The notes below the pieces were generated by a model that ran no database searches, had not been told where the DNA came from, and was given only the letters and a program-made list of their open reading frames with translations. A stretch of 63,333 nucleotides of DNA, filler included, from Octopus bimaculoides (taxonomy: Eukaryota): the NCBI RefSeq assembly GCF_001194135.2. It is 11 parts of 10 records of this genome, joined end to end, with 100 filler letters (N's around TTAATTAATTAA, not from the genome) between each part and the next. Parts side by side here need not be neighbours in the genome. Positions count along the whole stretch, not along the records: positions 24,177 to 38,386 come from NC_069002.1; positions 38,487 to 42,058 come from NC_068987.1; positions 42,159 to 46,515 come from NC_068996.1; positions 46,616 to 48,834 come from NC_069005.1; positions 48,935 to 57,398 come from NC_068985.1; 6 more parts are not named here. One strand, given 5' to 3'. Both the position numbers and the translations under genes were made by a program. Each line of letters starts with the position of its first letter. Position 1 is the stretch's first letter. Positions 35,521 to 50,126 of the stretch are shown piece after piece.

Positions 35521-38486
35521 TTTCCGCATCGTTGAAATATATTGTAATGAATTTCATGTTTCAAAACGTTGCTTAAGTTTTACTCAGCCTGATATATATT
35601 ATGCATACAAGGCGATATGTGTCTGTTTGTTTGAGCAAATACGATGAAGTTTTACAACTGAAGTTGTTAAATGCTAACAAAGAAACTGAATTCAAAGAGC
35701 CGCCTTGAAGGGCTTTCAAAATTCCAAGCTGTATAGTAAAATTATCTTTCTAAACATGATTTAATCCAATTCCGTTCTTTCTGCAGCGTTTGCCTCTGTT
35801 TATTATCAATAAGGATTTTAGTCATTCTAAATAACAACTCAATTATATATACATATAATGAAAATTCCTGTTTTTGTACGGCTTAATCTGTTATTGGAAC
35901 TTCTATCAGTATTGGCTAATATGCCTCCTATTTCCAAATCCTGTTTTAACTTTGGAAGTCTATGTGCGTGAATGAAGGAGAAACTACCATAAGTTAAAGA
36001 AATGTTTATTATTCACAGTGGAAATTTAGTATTTTATGATACGTTTTTATTAGTTAAGATTATTCAAAGAAATCTATTTGCTTACGTAATTGGCAAAAGT
36101 AAATCATAAACGTTGGTAGACGCAAGAAACTTAGAATATGATTATAACTTAAGATACTTTCAAAATGAAGGACATTTATCTGTTTCTGAGAACAATGATC
36201 CTACAATCTATTTCTTATAATTGAGTTTCCACATTCTGATAAAATTTTAACTATTAAAGCTGTCTGTATTCTGTTTTGACTTATTTAATGTTATATTTTG
36301 TCTCGTAGAATTCCTAATAAAGTGCCAAACTTTAATGTTCCTCTTATCTAACCTGTTTTTTTTTTCTGTCACCCTCACAACGGAAACCAAATCGACATTA
36401 GTTACATCTCAATCTTTAATCATGGAAAATATAATTTAATCATTCAAATTTATGGACATTTATCTTACGACTGAACGGGGAATATATGTTTACATTCAAA
36501 TAAAAGACGTGGTGCGCATTAAGATATTAATTTGATTATTGGATTTATTTACAGGAAGATTTGTTAGAACGAAGGACTCCCAAGTATCAATAAAACCGCG
36601 TCGCAATTCATACCATTTCTCCTTTTAAATGTTGTTTTTCTATCTGCGATGTTTCTTTATTTGCAGGTATTCTAATGCTTTTCGGAAATAATATTTGTAT
36701 CTAAAATGCGATGATGGAAACACAATAAAGGATTAAATCTAAAAAGACTGGCTTTAGATGCCGATTGAAAGTATTTCACTTCATATCCACCGCTCATTCC
36801 ATCGACAACAACCTGTACAGTTTGCCCTATTTCTCCATTTCATGTCGACACCGTTTTGTATATCTCAAATCAAAGCACTTATAACCCTAACCCTAGTATT
36901 ACTTGACCTGGTGATGTTATACAGTTGTTAATCCTTCGATGCTTCAACTGGATACAGCTGGATAAATCTATTTCATACATCTCTGTTTAATCATGCCTAC
37001 ATATGTGTGCATGTGTGTGTGTGAGTTCGTGTGTACGTGTGTGTGTGCGTGTACGCGAGCGTGAATGCGTGTGCAAACAACGATTGACATTGCTAATATT
37101 TTACGTAACAATTAGATGGGAATACATATTAATGATAATGGTGCTGTTGTTTTTGTTTGACAATCACGATTAACTGAAAACAAGCCAACCTTAGCAGGAA
37201 AAAAGAGTAGAAAGTGAAGTTGTCAGCGAAACCCGACATGATAAAGAAATAATTCAAATGGCTTTCATTTGATTGTTTTCTATAAAAGAGACTCAGTGAT
37301 TTTACAGTATTTATATTCGTTCTTTTCACTTTGACTTACAATGGTGAAATTAATGGTTGTAAATGAACTGGAATCGGTTCAATTGATTTTTCCTTTCATT
37401 CTGCTAAATTTCGCTAAGCGTCTCGTCAAAAGACATCATGATTACCATGTTTTGAAACAGACAATGGAGTCTGTGCTGTTCCGCTATGAAACATAGCTAT
37501 TACGACTTAGCTCCCATTCAGGATGCATTAGAGAGCAATAAATTTACTCCGCTATGGTACTAGCTATTTTCCCATTCGCTTTCATCTAGCATACGGCAAT
37601 TGGCAGGCATGTACAGCCAATATATTTGCCCGATTCCTACACTTGTTTCAACATTGTTAATACCTGCTTTTGTTTGCGTCATAGATTATGGATTTAATAA
37701 CAACTCTAGAATATGTCTTTTACATTCAAAATATTAGCGATTTCGTTCCGAGGTTTAGGATTTGTCCCACGAATCCATGTTATTTGTGTTCAATAGATCT
37801 CTGCAGAATTTTAAAGGATGGATATTGCTATGGAGAATGCGGTTTGATAGACTGGTGTCTTGTGCCAAAATGAGCGTAACTATATCAAACGAGGAACTCT
37901 CTTTAAAGTAAATGAAAGTCTAACACAGTCTACAATCTAATCATCCAAAAAAAACAGAGGCAACGAAATAAAACACAAACGAAACAAAAAATTAATAATA
38001 TAAATTGAGGTTTGTCATTTGAAAAACTGCGAGCAGAAATAATCGAAGTGAGAGGTTGAATGCTGAAGCAATATACATACGTACATCTGCATGTGGGTGA
38101 AGGATAACAGTGAAAATACATAAGTGTCTTAAGCACCTGTTGTTTGCCAAGATGCTCACAGCTCTTGACTCGATTATGTCGCTTCACAGATGATAATATA
38201 TACATTCATGTACACACACACACACACACACACACACAATATTCTGTGGTGCTCAGATGCAGCACAGAATTTTGTCAGTGAACAGGTCGCGGTCTCAAAG
38301 CGACGAAAATATTTTGACAAATCAAATTTAAATGTTGAAATGAATCTAACGGATTTTGTGTGTTATTTTAAATGGTTTATAAACACNNNNNNNNNNNNNN
38401 NNNNNNNNNNNNNNNNNNNNNNNNNNNNNNTTAATTAATTAANNNNNNNNNNNNNNNNNNNNNNNNNNNNNNNNNNNNNNNNNNNN

Positions 38487-38530
<44 letters not shown>

Positions 38531-38904
38531 GTGTGTACATAATACTCCTGTAGTATTTTACAGGTGGGAGGTCAGTCAGATTTTCATGGAACGGAAGTAA
38601 CATTAATAGTAAACGGAAAGTAATTCTAACGTGTCAATCAACGTCCACTGACTGTTCTCGGGCCGACAGCTTGGAACATAAGATTTCCCATGACGCTCGA
38701 AACATTAGTAACCACTTAGTCAATACATAGAAATCTTCAGTAACATGAAGTCCACAGAGAAACGGTAAACTCGACAAAACAGGAAGTTAATACATGTTTT
38801 TATGACCCTAGGAAATATTATACACGATGTGTTCAGCTGCATCACAGGATGGAATATGGAGAAAAAAAACCCAACTATATAGCAATGTTCTTTATAGTAT
38901 CAGT

Positions 38905-39040
38905 GATGCCACGTGGCCTAGTGGTTAAGGTGTTGCACTCACGACCGCAAGATCGCGGTTTCGATTCTTGCACCGGTGGTGCGTTGTATTCGTGAGCAAA
39001 ATGATTCATTATTCATTGCTCCAGTTCACTCAAGTGCAGA
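38905..39040 (+). mobile_element. tRNA-derived SINE head
   Basis: A box TGGCCTAGTGG and B box GGTTTCGATTCT, followed by a SINE body rather than a tRNA 3' acceptor stem. Confidence 0.65.
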
Positions 39041-40609
39041 TTAGAAACTATGTAAGGAATGGCGGCATCTGGTTCAATGGTAATGTTGTGATCTCGGTTA
39101 CTTGTAGGCCAAGGAAAACGGTTAAGTGGCCCGATGAGTTCTAGGTCTCGAGATAATAAAATCTAGAGGTTACTTGTACCTTTACAGTGTTCAATATGCC
39201 GTAAGGAGCCACAAGCTAATAACCTGATAACGTTCAAGTACCGAAGAATGATCTCTANNNNNNNNNNNNNNNNNNNNNNNNNNNNNNNNNNNNNNNNNNN
39301 NNNNNNNNNNNNNNNNNNNNNNNNNNNNNNNNNNNNNNNNNNNNNNNNNNNNNNNNNNNNNNNNNNNNNNNNNNNNNNNNNNNNNNNNNNNNNNNNNNNN
39401 NNNNNNNNNNNNNNNNNNNNNNNNNNNNNNNNNNNNNNNNNNNNNNNNNNNNNNNNNNNNNNNNNNNNNNNNNNNNNNNNNNNNNNNNNNNNNNNNNNNN
39501 NNNNNNNNNNNNNNNNNNNNNNNNNNNNNNNNNNNNNNNNNNNNNNNNNNNNNNNNNNNNNNNNNNNNNNNNNNNNNNNNNNNNNNNNNNNNNNNNNNNN
39601 NNNNNNNNNNNNNNNNNNNNNNNNNNNNNNNNNNNNNNNNNNNNNNNNNNNNNNNNNNNNNNNNNNNNNNNNNNNNNNNNNNNNNNNNNNNNNNNNNNNN
39701 NNNNNNNNNNNNNNNNNNNNNNNNNNNNNNNNNNNNNNNNNNNNNNNNNNNNNNNNNNNNNNNNNNNNNNNNNNNNNNNNNNNNNNNNNNNNNNNNNNNN
39801 NNNNNNNNNNNNNNNNNNNNNNNNNNNNNNNNNNNNNNNNNNNNTCCATTTCTATTTATGCATATGAGGAGAGGAAATGAGGAGTATTTAAGTGAATCGC
39901 GTTCAATTAATAAACTGCCATGTCTCCCCCTCCTCCCGCCTCTCTTACGCTCCCTCTCATTCTTTGTATCTGTACGTCTACTCCTCTTAGCGCGTGTGCT
40001 CACGTGTGAGTGTATTCATGCGTGTGTGCACTCGCGCGTTTACCTTCGCTGCCAAAAAGTACAGTCGCCGCAACAAAATGCCGTGCGAAACTACCAGCAC
40101 CCAAACAGCAGCACCCAGTTGGCTTTTTCCGTTCTTATCAGCGTCTATGCATATCTACGATGGCTGACAGGTATGGAGTCAGGACGTATGAAACCTAAGG
40201 ACTTCTCGCTATTGTGCGCTTATCGAGGGTTCACCTTCACAATCGGAAATACTGCGCCACCAAAAATATAATTACAAAACTTCTCAGAAATAGATGTGGT
40301 CATAACACTTGTATATGGTGTTTACGTCAGACGAATCTAGAAACTTCGAGAGACGTGAAATAATTCGTTTCTAACGGTGGAATTCGAAGTAGACGAAGCT
40401 ATAAATAACAGCCTGATTTACAAAATCCTTTAGAGAGAGAAGTCAAAGTCTTTTCGTGTGACTCGAACCCTAATCTTCTGCAAACATGATTGTTGTGCTA
40501 CTATTGGAAAATGCATAAGTCAAGGGTTTTACTTCTGGTTCGATCATAACGATTCCTCTCTACAAGGTATGTGTCGTTCTGTGAACAGTACTTCGTTTGA
40601 TCTGTTTAT

Positions 40610-41043
40610 TGTTGTTGTTGTTGGCACTCCGTCGCTTACGACGTCGAGGGTTCCAGTTGATTCGATCAACGAAACAGCCTGCTCGTGAAATTAACGTGCA
40701 AGTGGCTGAGCACTCCACAGACACGTGTACTCTTAACGTAGTTCTCGGGGATATTCAGCGTGACACAGTATGACAAGGCTGACCCTTTGAATTACAGGCA
40801 CAACAGAAACAGGAAGTAAGAGTGAGTGAAAGTTGTGGTGAAAAGTACAGCAGGGTTCGCCACCATCCCCTGCCGGAGCCTCGTGGAGTTTTAGGGGTTT
40901 TTCGCTCAATAAACACTCACAACACCCGGTCTGGGANNNNNNNNNNNNNNNNNNNNNNNNNNNNNNNNNNNNNNNNNNNNNNNNNNNNNNNNNNNNNNNN
41001 NNGCGAGTCCGCTGCTCTAACCACTGGGCTATTGCGCCTCCAC
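40610..41043 (-). mobile_element. full-length tRNA-derived SINE (family C) with 11-bp TSD
   Basis: TSD GATCTGTTTAT at 40599-40609 and 41044-41054, an (AAC)n tail, and it is the reverse complement of 44676-45059. Confidence 0.9.
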
Positions 41044-42531
41044 GATCTGTTTATACGTTTCAGTTATTAAGAATGCGGCCATGCTGGTTCTCTGTCTTCA
41101 ACGGATTTTGTCGGAAGCAATTCTGCTAGCCCGCAGTCTTTCCTGGAATGATTTGTAATTTAGACATAAGGCCAGAAATTTTAAATGCAAAGGGTTAGTC
41201 GACCCAATGACGCCTCAGCGACTGGTTCTGAGATTTATCGAACTTGGAGACTGACCTCAGCAAATTTTGATATCAGAATTTAAGGCGACGGAAGAAATAC
41301 CGCATGATATTTAGTCCGGCGCTCAATAATTTATTTTATTGGCCACAAAGGCCTCAGCATTAACGACTACACAAGGATGAAAAACAAACAGAAAATCTAG
41401 GTTTTACATTGTGTAAAAAACGTCAAGAATAAACAAAATGGAGCAATAAAAATTTTCGACAAATAATAAAACAGAACACTGCAATATAATATTAAAATAC
41501 ATACGTTTGATAAATCTTAGCGAATTCAATTTGATTGACTATGAAACTTAATTCCACAATTCTGTTATTCCAGGCAAACAAGAATATATACATGAGAGTG
41601 GGCTAGGTACGGGCGTGTGGGGTGTCTGCGAGATTATGTTCGTTTTGATTAGGAACTGGTGAAAGAGGGAGAGGATAGGGAGGAAATGGCTCGGAATTTA
41701 AGTCTTTGAGGAATTCAGAATTTACTGAAGGGGATTTACGGATGTAACAGGAACCTAAAGTAATTTACCAATTAATGTAGTTTCTTGTTGTACTTAGTAA
41801 AGAGTTTACTTTTCAAATTGCATATACGTACAGCTGTGTGTATCTGTGTCTGTGTGTCGTTATGTCTATGTTTCTCTATATGTAGGTGCGTCTGTCGATG
41901 TTTGTATGTTAATGTTTGTTAGTGTGTGTGTGTGTGTGTGAGTTTACCATTTTACATATCAATAGAAATACGAGAACGTTTGTACTGGTAAATACGTAAA
42001 CATGGATATTATTAAATGAATATGTACATATACTTGTGTATATATATATATATATATANNNNNNNNNNNNNNNNNNNNNNNNNNNNNNNNNNNNNNNNNN
42101 NNTTAATTAATTAANNNNNNNNNNNNNNNNNNNNNNNNNNNNNNNNNNNNNNNNNNNNAACTGATATTTCTTGTCAAGAGTACAGGCAACAGTCAGATCA
42201 CTGATGTTTGTTGTGCACACCACTGTCGTTATTTGATTGATGTTATTCTGTGCATCTGTGTGTAAAAATCAGTTGTGTTTTGCAGGGCTGCTTTATTTTT
42301 ACCCTTAAATTGGAAATGGAGAAAGACATAGTGCTAGATGTAAAAAAAATAACCGATTTGAGGCTAGAAATGAAGCGTAAAAACATGAAATTCTTCGAGC
42401 AGGCATGTGATGAGCCCGAATGATGCTGAAAACCTGAAGTCGCATCTAACATATATATGAGGAGTAGATAGACAGCCGACAATTGATGAAGGGTCGTTCT
42501 TTATGTAACTTGTACTGTTTTNNNNNNNNNN

Positions 42532-42581
<50 letters not shown>

Positions 42582-43017
42582 AACGCATCCACACACACAT
42601 ACATATATACACTCACCAAGCATCTTTCAGTTTCCATCGACTAAATTTACTCAGAAGGCTTTGGCTGGCTCAAGGTTTTAGTAGAAGATACTTGGCCATG
42701 TCGTTGGGAAGTAAACTTCTTACAACACATAGCCACACCTGTACCTATATATTCCCAGCACACCCTCCCTCCACCTGTTTTCACCATTCACTGCATCCCC
42801 TCCTCTCTATTGCCCCCCCCTCCTTTTGCACTCTCACAACTTCACCTTCTCACTCACCCTATCCAATACTCTGCCACACTTAACTTCTATACACATCTCT
42901 GTAAGTTGAGGGTAGGCTATGACAGGGTTATAGAAGACATTTACCCAAGATACCACACAGGGTGAACCTGAACCCAAGACCACATAGTTGGGAAGCAAGA
43001 AATTTAACTACACAGTC

Positions 43018-43060
<43 letters not shown>

Positions 43061-43561
43061 ACTCCTACATACATGAATGGCAGTTTGCCAGCTAAGCAAA
43101 TTACGTGTTGACATGTGCATACAGTGATATATAAAGGGTAAAGACCCTTTCGGTCTTATATCTTTCTCTCTCTCCTCTTCCAACTGGGGTAGCCTTGTAT
43201 CTCCTTTACTCCAAGACACCTGCTTCTTTCCCCTTATCATTCTCTAATCTCTCATCACTTGGCACAAAGCCATCGCCCTTAAAACCTTTTCAGTTGAGCA
43301 GTCCTGCTGGTGTCATGTAAAAAAACACTCAGTACACCCTGTAAAGTGGTTAGCATCAGGAAGGGAATTCAACCATAGAAACTATGACAAAGCAGACATT
43401 AGAGGCATGGCACAATCTCCTGGATTGCCAACTCCTGTCAAATTGTGAAACCCATGTCAGAACGGAAAGCAGCTGAAAAATGATGACAATGATATATTTC
43501 TATAAAGCGAAACTGGGAAAGAGAGAGTGGAAAAGGGTGGGTGGGAAAGAGAGAAGTGTAA

Positions 43562-43592
<31 letters not shown>

Positions 43593-44043
43593 GGGGCAAG
43601 TACAGCTGTATCGATAAGAGGTTTGCTTTTCACCTGTGTGATTAGATTTCAGTCCCACTGAACAGCATATTGTGCAAGTGTCTTCTACTATAGTCCTGGG
43701 CCAAGCAAAGCCTTGTGAGTGGATTTGGTGGATGGAAACTGAAAGAAGCCTGTCGTGTGTGTGTGTATGGTGTGTATGTGTGTGTATGTGTGTTTGTGCA
43801 TGTGTCTACATGTATGAATTGACTACAAATGTGATTTATTGACTGCAAATAGCCACCGCCATGATACAAGAAATTTCATTCATTTCTAATCTTCTTGAAA
43901 ACTTGTCCAGCCATAGAAAATATGTTGCTTGGAAACAGGCAGAGGTTGGCAGCAAGAAGAACGTTTGGCTATAGAATATCTGCCTCATTTGGCAAGCATG
44001 GAATGGTGGACACTAAACAATACCGATGTATATATGTGCGTGC

Positions 44044-44095
<52 letters not shown>

Positions 44096-44444
44096 ATGTA
44101 GGCTTTTATGTTCAGTTTTCTTTCATCATTGAATGTTTTCTTTCAATAAAGATAGTGAAAAATCAAAAGACTGAATATTGATAGAAACTCACTTTTATAT
44201 TACTCTTTTTCTGTAGTGAAAGAGTGACAACAAAGGGAGATAAATAAGAGTGTGTATGTATGTTGGGGTGGGGAGAGACCCAGTCATGAGAATGAAAGTT
44301 ACAAAAAAAGAGTTATAGCTCAATTGATTAGGAAGAGAATTAACCTAGATGAGATGTATTTCCTGGCTTTCTGCCAGGAAAATGTACTACTAATCTATTT
44401 TACCATTTCTCCTATAGTTGTCTACAGGGGAAATATTTGACACC

Positions 44445-45720
44445 GTACCATATCGATCACTGACTTAGAGAAGGCTTTCAACATTGTCCTAGGCTCTGTG
44501 ATGGCTAAGATAACTAGGGCAGATGAACTTGTAAGGAACATACAAGCCATATACAAAAGTCTAGTTGACAAGATGAGATATCAATAATGGGCACAGTAAT
44601 GAATTTAATGTTCAGGTAGTGGTCCACCAGAACTCCATTTCTGAGACCTTTTCTATTTATTACAGTGCTCCAGGTGGAGGCACAATGGCCCAGTGGTTAG
44701 GGCAGCAGACTCGCGATCATAGGATCGTGGTTTCGATTCCCAGACCAGGCATTGTGAGTGTCTATTGAGCGAAAACACCTAAAGCTCCACGAGGCTTTGG
44801 CAGGGGATGGTGGCGAACCCTGCTGTACTCTTCCACCACAACTTTCTCTCACTCTTTCTTCCTGTTTCTGTTGTGCCTGTAATTCAAAGGGTCAGCCTTG
44901 TCACACTGTCTCACGCTGAATATCCCCGAGAACTACGTTAAGGGTACACGTGTCTGTGGAGTGCTCAGCCAGTTGAACGTTAATTTCACGAGCAGGCTGT
45001 TCTGTTGATCGGATCAACTGGAACCCTTGACTTTGAAAGTGACGGAGTGCCAACAACATAGTGCTCCAGGTAATAAGAAAGATTTCCTAAAATCTGGCAT
45101 CTATAAAAACACCTACATACTAATGATCTAGTTCTTAAATTTGAATCTATAAAAAAGTTAGATTAGAGAAGAAATTCCAGACTTCAAAGCAATATACACA
45201 TTCTAGAAACCTTAACTGTTTAGCACTGAGATTATTGTCAAGTCTGATAGATGCACAACAGATGCAGTGGAATCACAGGCTGGTTCATACAGAAAGCAAA
45301 GATTGTGTGTGGACGATCTGCAGGGGGCAAAAAAGAAAAAAAAACCCAAGAGCATATGAGAAACAGATTCTATCAAATGCTTTAAAGAGTCTTAGAATTA
45401 GTTGAGGTGAATATTCCAAAAATAAAATATGAAGCCTTGTTAGCACCCCAGCCAAAATGCTTGGCAGCATTTCATCTTTCTTCACATTTTGGGATGAAAG
45501 TTATTAAGGAACTATTACCTGAGTTGGTAACAAAATGTTTTTATCTAAAATTAAAAGAAAGATTGAAAATGCTTGTATATGAACCATGATACAGCATGAC
45601 AGTGAGATGTGATTTCTGAATCACTGAAGATTAATGACTAGAAAGTAATGAAGTGAGAATGCCCCATTTGATGTATAGTCAGTCTGAATAAACGATGGAA
45701 TACCCTTGAACTGAGAAAAA
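44445..45720 (+). mobile_element. decayed RTE-clade LINE RT fragment, interrupted by a SINE
   Basis: DLEKAF, EFNVQVxVHQ and FLFITVLQ before the SINE; KYEALLAP and LELRKKLDIREI after it. Heavily mutated. Confidence 0.6.
44676..45059 (+). mobile_element. full-length tRNA-derived SINE (family C) with 12-bp TSD
   Basis: A box TGGCCCAGTGG, B box GGTTTCGATTCCC, and TSD AGTGCTCCAGGT at 44664-44675 and 45060-45071. Confidence 0.92.
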
Positions 45721-46458
45721 AACTGGATATAAGAGAATTACTGTAAAAACCTATGTAATTTATGCACCTTTTTTCACAAAAACAAAATCAAACTTTAGTG
45801 AGTGTGTAAATAACATAAGTAGATCGTTTCCAGAATTTTTTTAGAAATTTTTTTTGTTGCAAAATGACATACAAATGTAAATATTCGCACTAGAAGTTGG
45901 CTCATTTAATGTCAGTATAGGTTTTTTTTACAGAAAAAATATAATGAAGTTGACTTTCATTTATGTTGGATGGCATAATGCTTATTTTTCTGTATAAATT
46001 ACCTAAAACCATTAAATGGTTTGACATTCATCCAGGTAATCTCGGTCCAGGCCATATTTTACTGCATCTAACATTGACAACAACATCATAATTCATCCTT
46101 GCACATGTAAACTCACTAAGTGAATATGTCTTAGTGTTCCAACAGAAACCTTCATTTACCTTATACGATGTTTAATGTCATTTTACATTCATGTTGAATT
46201 ATGCAGCAATTTTATGTTCTCTTCATAGAACACTTGTAAAGTATGTATTATCAGTTCTTTTGATATGGTAGATTTTCACTACTCTTGTTTATGTCTCCTC
46301 ACAGACATGTATATTCTAACAAGTCACTTCTTAAATTTCGCACCTCTCCTGTTCAATAAACACTGGGTTAAACTTGCAAGGCTGTTTATTTTCTCCTTTT
46401 GATTTTTAATGTTTATTTTAGATAGATATAGATAGATAGATATATGTATGTATATGTA

Positions 46459-46515
<57 letters not shown>

Positions 46516-47505
46516 NNNNNNNNNNNNNNNNNNNNNNNNNNNNNNNNNNNNNNNNNNNNTTAATTAATTAANNNNNNNNNNNNNNNNNNNNNNNNNNNNN
46601 NNNNNNNNNNNNNNNTATATATAATATAAATATAGAGATATATATAATATAAATATATAGATATATACATATATCCATACATATATGTACATACCTACAT
46701 CTATATGTATACATACATGTATATATGGGTACAGGACATAAAAAAAAACGTTAAGCACAATGAGAAACGAAAAACGAAAACATAAAAACGAAAACAGAAA
46801 ACGAACTTTTTTCGAACAACGAAAAAAAAAACAGCGAAATGAGACATGCAACATAATGAGTATATCCCTTCGTCAGTTGTCTCTGTCCATCTACTCCGCA
46901 TTTAAGCAAAATTTAGGTTAGTTAAAATATGTCTGTGACATATTTCAACGAATAAAAAGCAAATTTTCTGCAGTTACCGTGGAGAAAATATCTCTCATAT
47001 ACATGGTAAACAGGTGTGAAAACACCCGGATTGATCAGTGTCGCCATCTATTAGGAATCCCAGACATCGGTGTTTCGAGTCTTTTTACTCTTGTCAATGG
47101 GGTGTACCTAAGGGAAGCAACTCTGAACAAATTTATAAAGCAATAGTTTTATGTAAAAATTCAGTCAATAACGTTGTCTGATTTGAACTGGTAGATCGCC
47201 CGATCGAAGAAAATAATGAAACGTTAACGACAAAACCGATAAATAAGTACCAGTTGAGCATCGGAGTCGACGACATCGACTAGTCCCCTTTCCTGAACTT
47301 ACTGGGCCTTCTACTAAAATCTGAAACCAAATTACTCCACATCCCTCACGAACTTCAACTAAACAGTATATTTCAACATACACTTATTGATATTCTCATC
47401 AAACATACAAATGTTTAGTTCAAGTTCCAGTGTAGAGAGGAAGTTAGGCTCAGCGCTAATTGTATGTACTTATTATCCAACGCCATCAAACATAATATTA
47501 CCCAT

Positions 47506-47540
<35 letters not shown>

Positions 47541-49135
47541 CATACACGCACACACAGATACATACACACACGAACAAACACACACACACACAAATACACA
47601 CTCACACAAATACACACTCACACAAACACACACACACACACACATACACATTACGTCCCCGTAATTTAGCTATTCGCAAAAGAGAAAGATATAATAAGTC
47701 CTGGAGTCGATTTGTTTGACTAAAGCCCTTCAAAGTGATGCCCCAGCNNNNNNNNNNNNNNNNNNNNNNNNNNNNNNNNNNNNNNNNNNNNNNNNNNNNN
47801 NNNNNNNNNNNNNNNNNNNNNNNNNNNNNNNNNNNNNNNNNNNNNNNNNNNNNNNNNNNNNNNNNNNNNNNNNNNNNNNNNNNNNNNNNNNNNNNNNNNN
47901 NNNNNNNNNNNNNNNNNNNNNNNNNNNNNNNNNNNNNNNNNNNNNNNNNNNNNNNNNNNNNNNNNNNNNNNNNNNNNNNNNNNNNNNNNNNNNNNNNNNN
48001 NNNNNNNNNNNNTATATATATATATATATATATATATGCGTAGCTACGTAGCTACGTACGTATGTACTTATGTATGTATGTACGTATGTATGTATGCATG
48101 TATGTATGCATGTATGCATGCATGTATGTGTGTGTGCGCGCGTGTGTATGGGTGTGTGTGTGTGTACTGGTGACTAGCTTACAGAGCTAATCCTACTTAA
48201 TTCCTTGGCAAGTCCCCTTTGGTAAACATATTCACAACCAGTTGTAAACATCGTCGAAACAATATCAAGATTGTGAGCTTGTCATCAATAAAGTAACACA
48301 CTCTACCCATTCGAGGCCCGACAATTACTTTATTTTGTGTATGGGCTCTTTGTTCTAACGTACAAAACACAGGGCTATGTGTGTGTGTGCGTGTGTGTAT
48401 ATGTTATGTATATACATACACATTCACACACACACACGCACGGACACACGGACACACGGACACACATTATGCATATTGGTTTAAAATTCTGATACAATAC
48501 CAGTAATTTCAAGGGAAGTGGTAAGGCGATTACATGGGCCCCAGTGTCCAACTGGTTCTTATTTTGTCGACCCCGAAAGGATGAAAGGCACAGTCGACCT
48601 CCGAGGAATTTGGGCTCAGGTCGTAAAGACGGACGAAAAACCATTGAGTATTTCGCCCATCTTGCTAACGGTTCCGCCAGCTCGCTACCTTATATACATC
48701 ACATACATATTAATAAACGTAAATACGTACATATCTATCTATACATGCGTGTATGTGTGTGAGGAGTGTACATATACACACACACATATATACACACGCG
48801 CACACACAGACACACACACATATATATATATATANNNNNNNNNNNNNNNNNNNNNNNNNNNNNNNNNNNNNNNNNNNNTTAATTAATTAANNNNNNNNNN
48901 NNNNNNNNNNNNNNNNNNNNNNNNNNNNNNNNNNATATATATAGTTGTTTGTCTGTTTGCCCGCCCCACCATCGCTTGACAACCGATGTTGGTATGTTTA
49001 CGTCCCCGTAACTTAGCGGTTCGACAAAAATGGCCGATTGAATAAGTACTAGTCTTACAAAGAATAAGTCCTGGGGTCGATTTGTTCGACTAAAGGTGGT
49101 GCTCCAGCATGGCCGCAGTCAAAATGAATGAAAGA

Positions 49136-50126
49136 AGTAACATGGTAAAGGAATAAAAAATGATATGTCACAAGCTGTGACACCTTGGTATTACTGGGAA
49201 ACTGGGAGAGTGGCTGCATGATTTTCTGAAGAGCAGGAGTCAGACAGTTGTAGCCAATGGTGCTCACTCTGAAGAGACACCAATTCTCAGCGAAGTCCCA
49301 CAAGGAACTGAACTGGGGCCACTACTATTTATGGTCGCCCTCTCAGACATGCCCTCCGCGGTACAGTCAGCCAATCTAACCAATTATGCTGATGACACAA
49401 AAGTATCGCAGGCAGTTAGGAACTCAGAGGACATCATAAAACTGCAGAAATACCTGAACGAAGTATATAAATGGGCTAAGAAAAATAACATGCAGTTCAC
49501 TGCTATGAAATTTCAGGGCACTCCACTATCGGCACAACTCCAGGCTAAAATCAGAATACACTGGACCAGAAGGTAATACAATCCAAGAGTCAGAGTTGGT
49601 GCATAACCTAGGGGTTCACCTGAGCAACGATGCAACATTCCTGCGCATATTATCAAGATGGCAACACTGCGCAGGCGAGTGACAAGATGGATTCAGAGGA
49701 CATTCAGAACCAAAAGCGGGAAGGCCTACTACTCCGATGGAAAACTTTCCTTCTCAGCCGCTTGGACTACTGCTCCCAACTATGGTCCCCAGAGAGTGTG
49801 AACACACACTGGAACTCGACGCAATCCAGCGCCAATACACAAAGAAGATTGACTCGATGCAAAAGATGGGCTACTGGGAGAGGCTAAAGTAGCTGAGTTT
49901 CTATTCCATGGAGAAAGACGAGAGAGATATGCGGTGATATATATTTTGCAAAAATTTGGAAGGTTTAGTTCCTAATTTTGCAATTGACAGCCATACCAAT
50001 CTTCGAACTGGACGGCACTGCATCATACCAAAGATCCCGTCTTCCCCATCTGAAATAAGGACATAGTACCGCAACAGTTTGGAATTCAAGGGCTCGCCAT
50101 TGTTCAACATCCTTTCAAGCAGCGTT
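49136..50126 (+). mobile_element. CR1/L2-group LINE RT fragment (decayed)
   Basis: LGITGKLGEWLHDFLKSRSQTVVANG...EVPQGTELGPLLF...NYADDTK...LSRLDYCSQLWSP...YWERLK. It has stops and frameshifts and ends at a gap. Confidence 0.9.

Noticed and set aside
36882-36895. TAACCCTAACCCTA telomere-like repeat
   Set aside because: About two units only, which is expected by chance or within repeats.
38905-38975. Possible tRNA gene
   Set aside because: A and B boxes are present, but there is no acceptor-stem closure and it continues into SINE body sequence.
42400-42445. Hammerhead-like GTGATGAGC...GCTGAAAA...GTC
   Set aside because: C3 is missing, stem II does not close next to GAAA, and stem I pairing is absent.
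46860-46890. CTGACGA on the - strand in a repeat end
   Set aside because: No downstream GAAA or closing stem.
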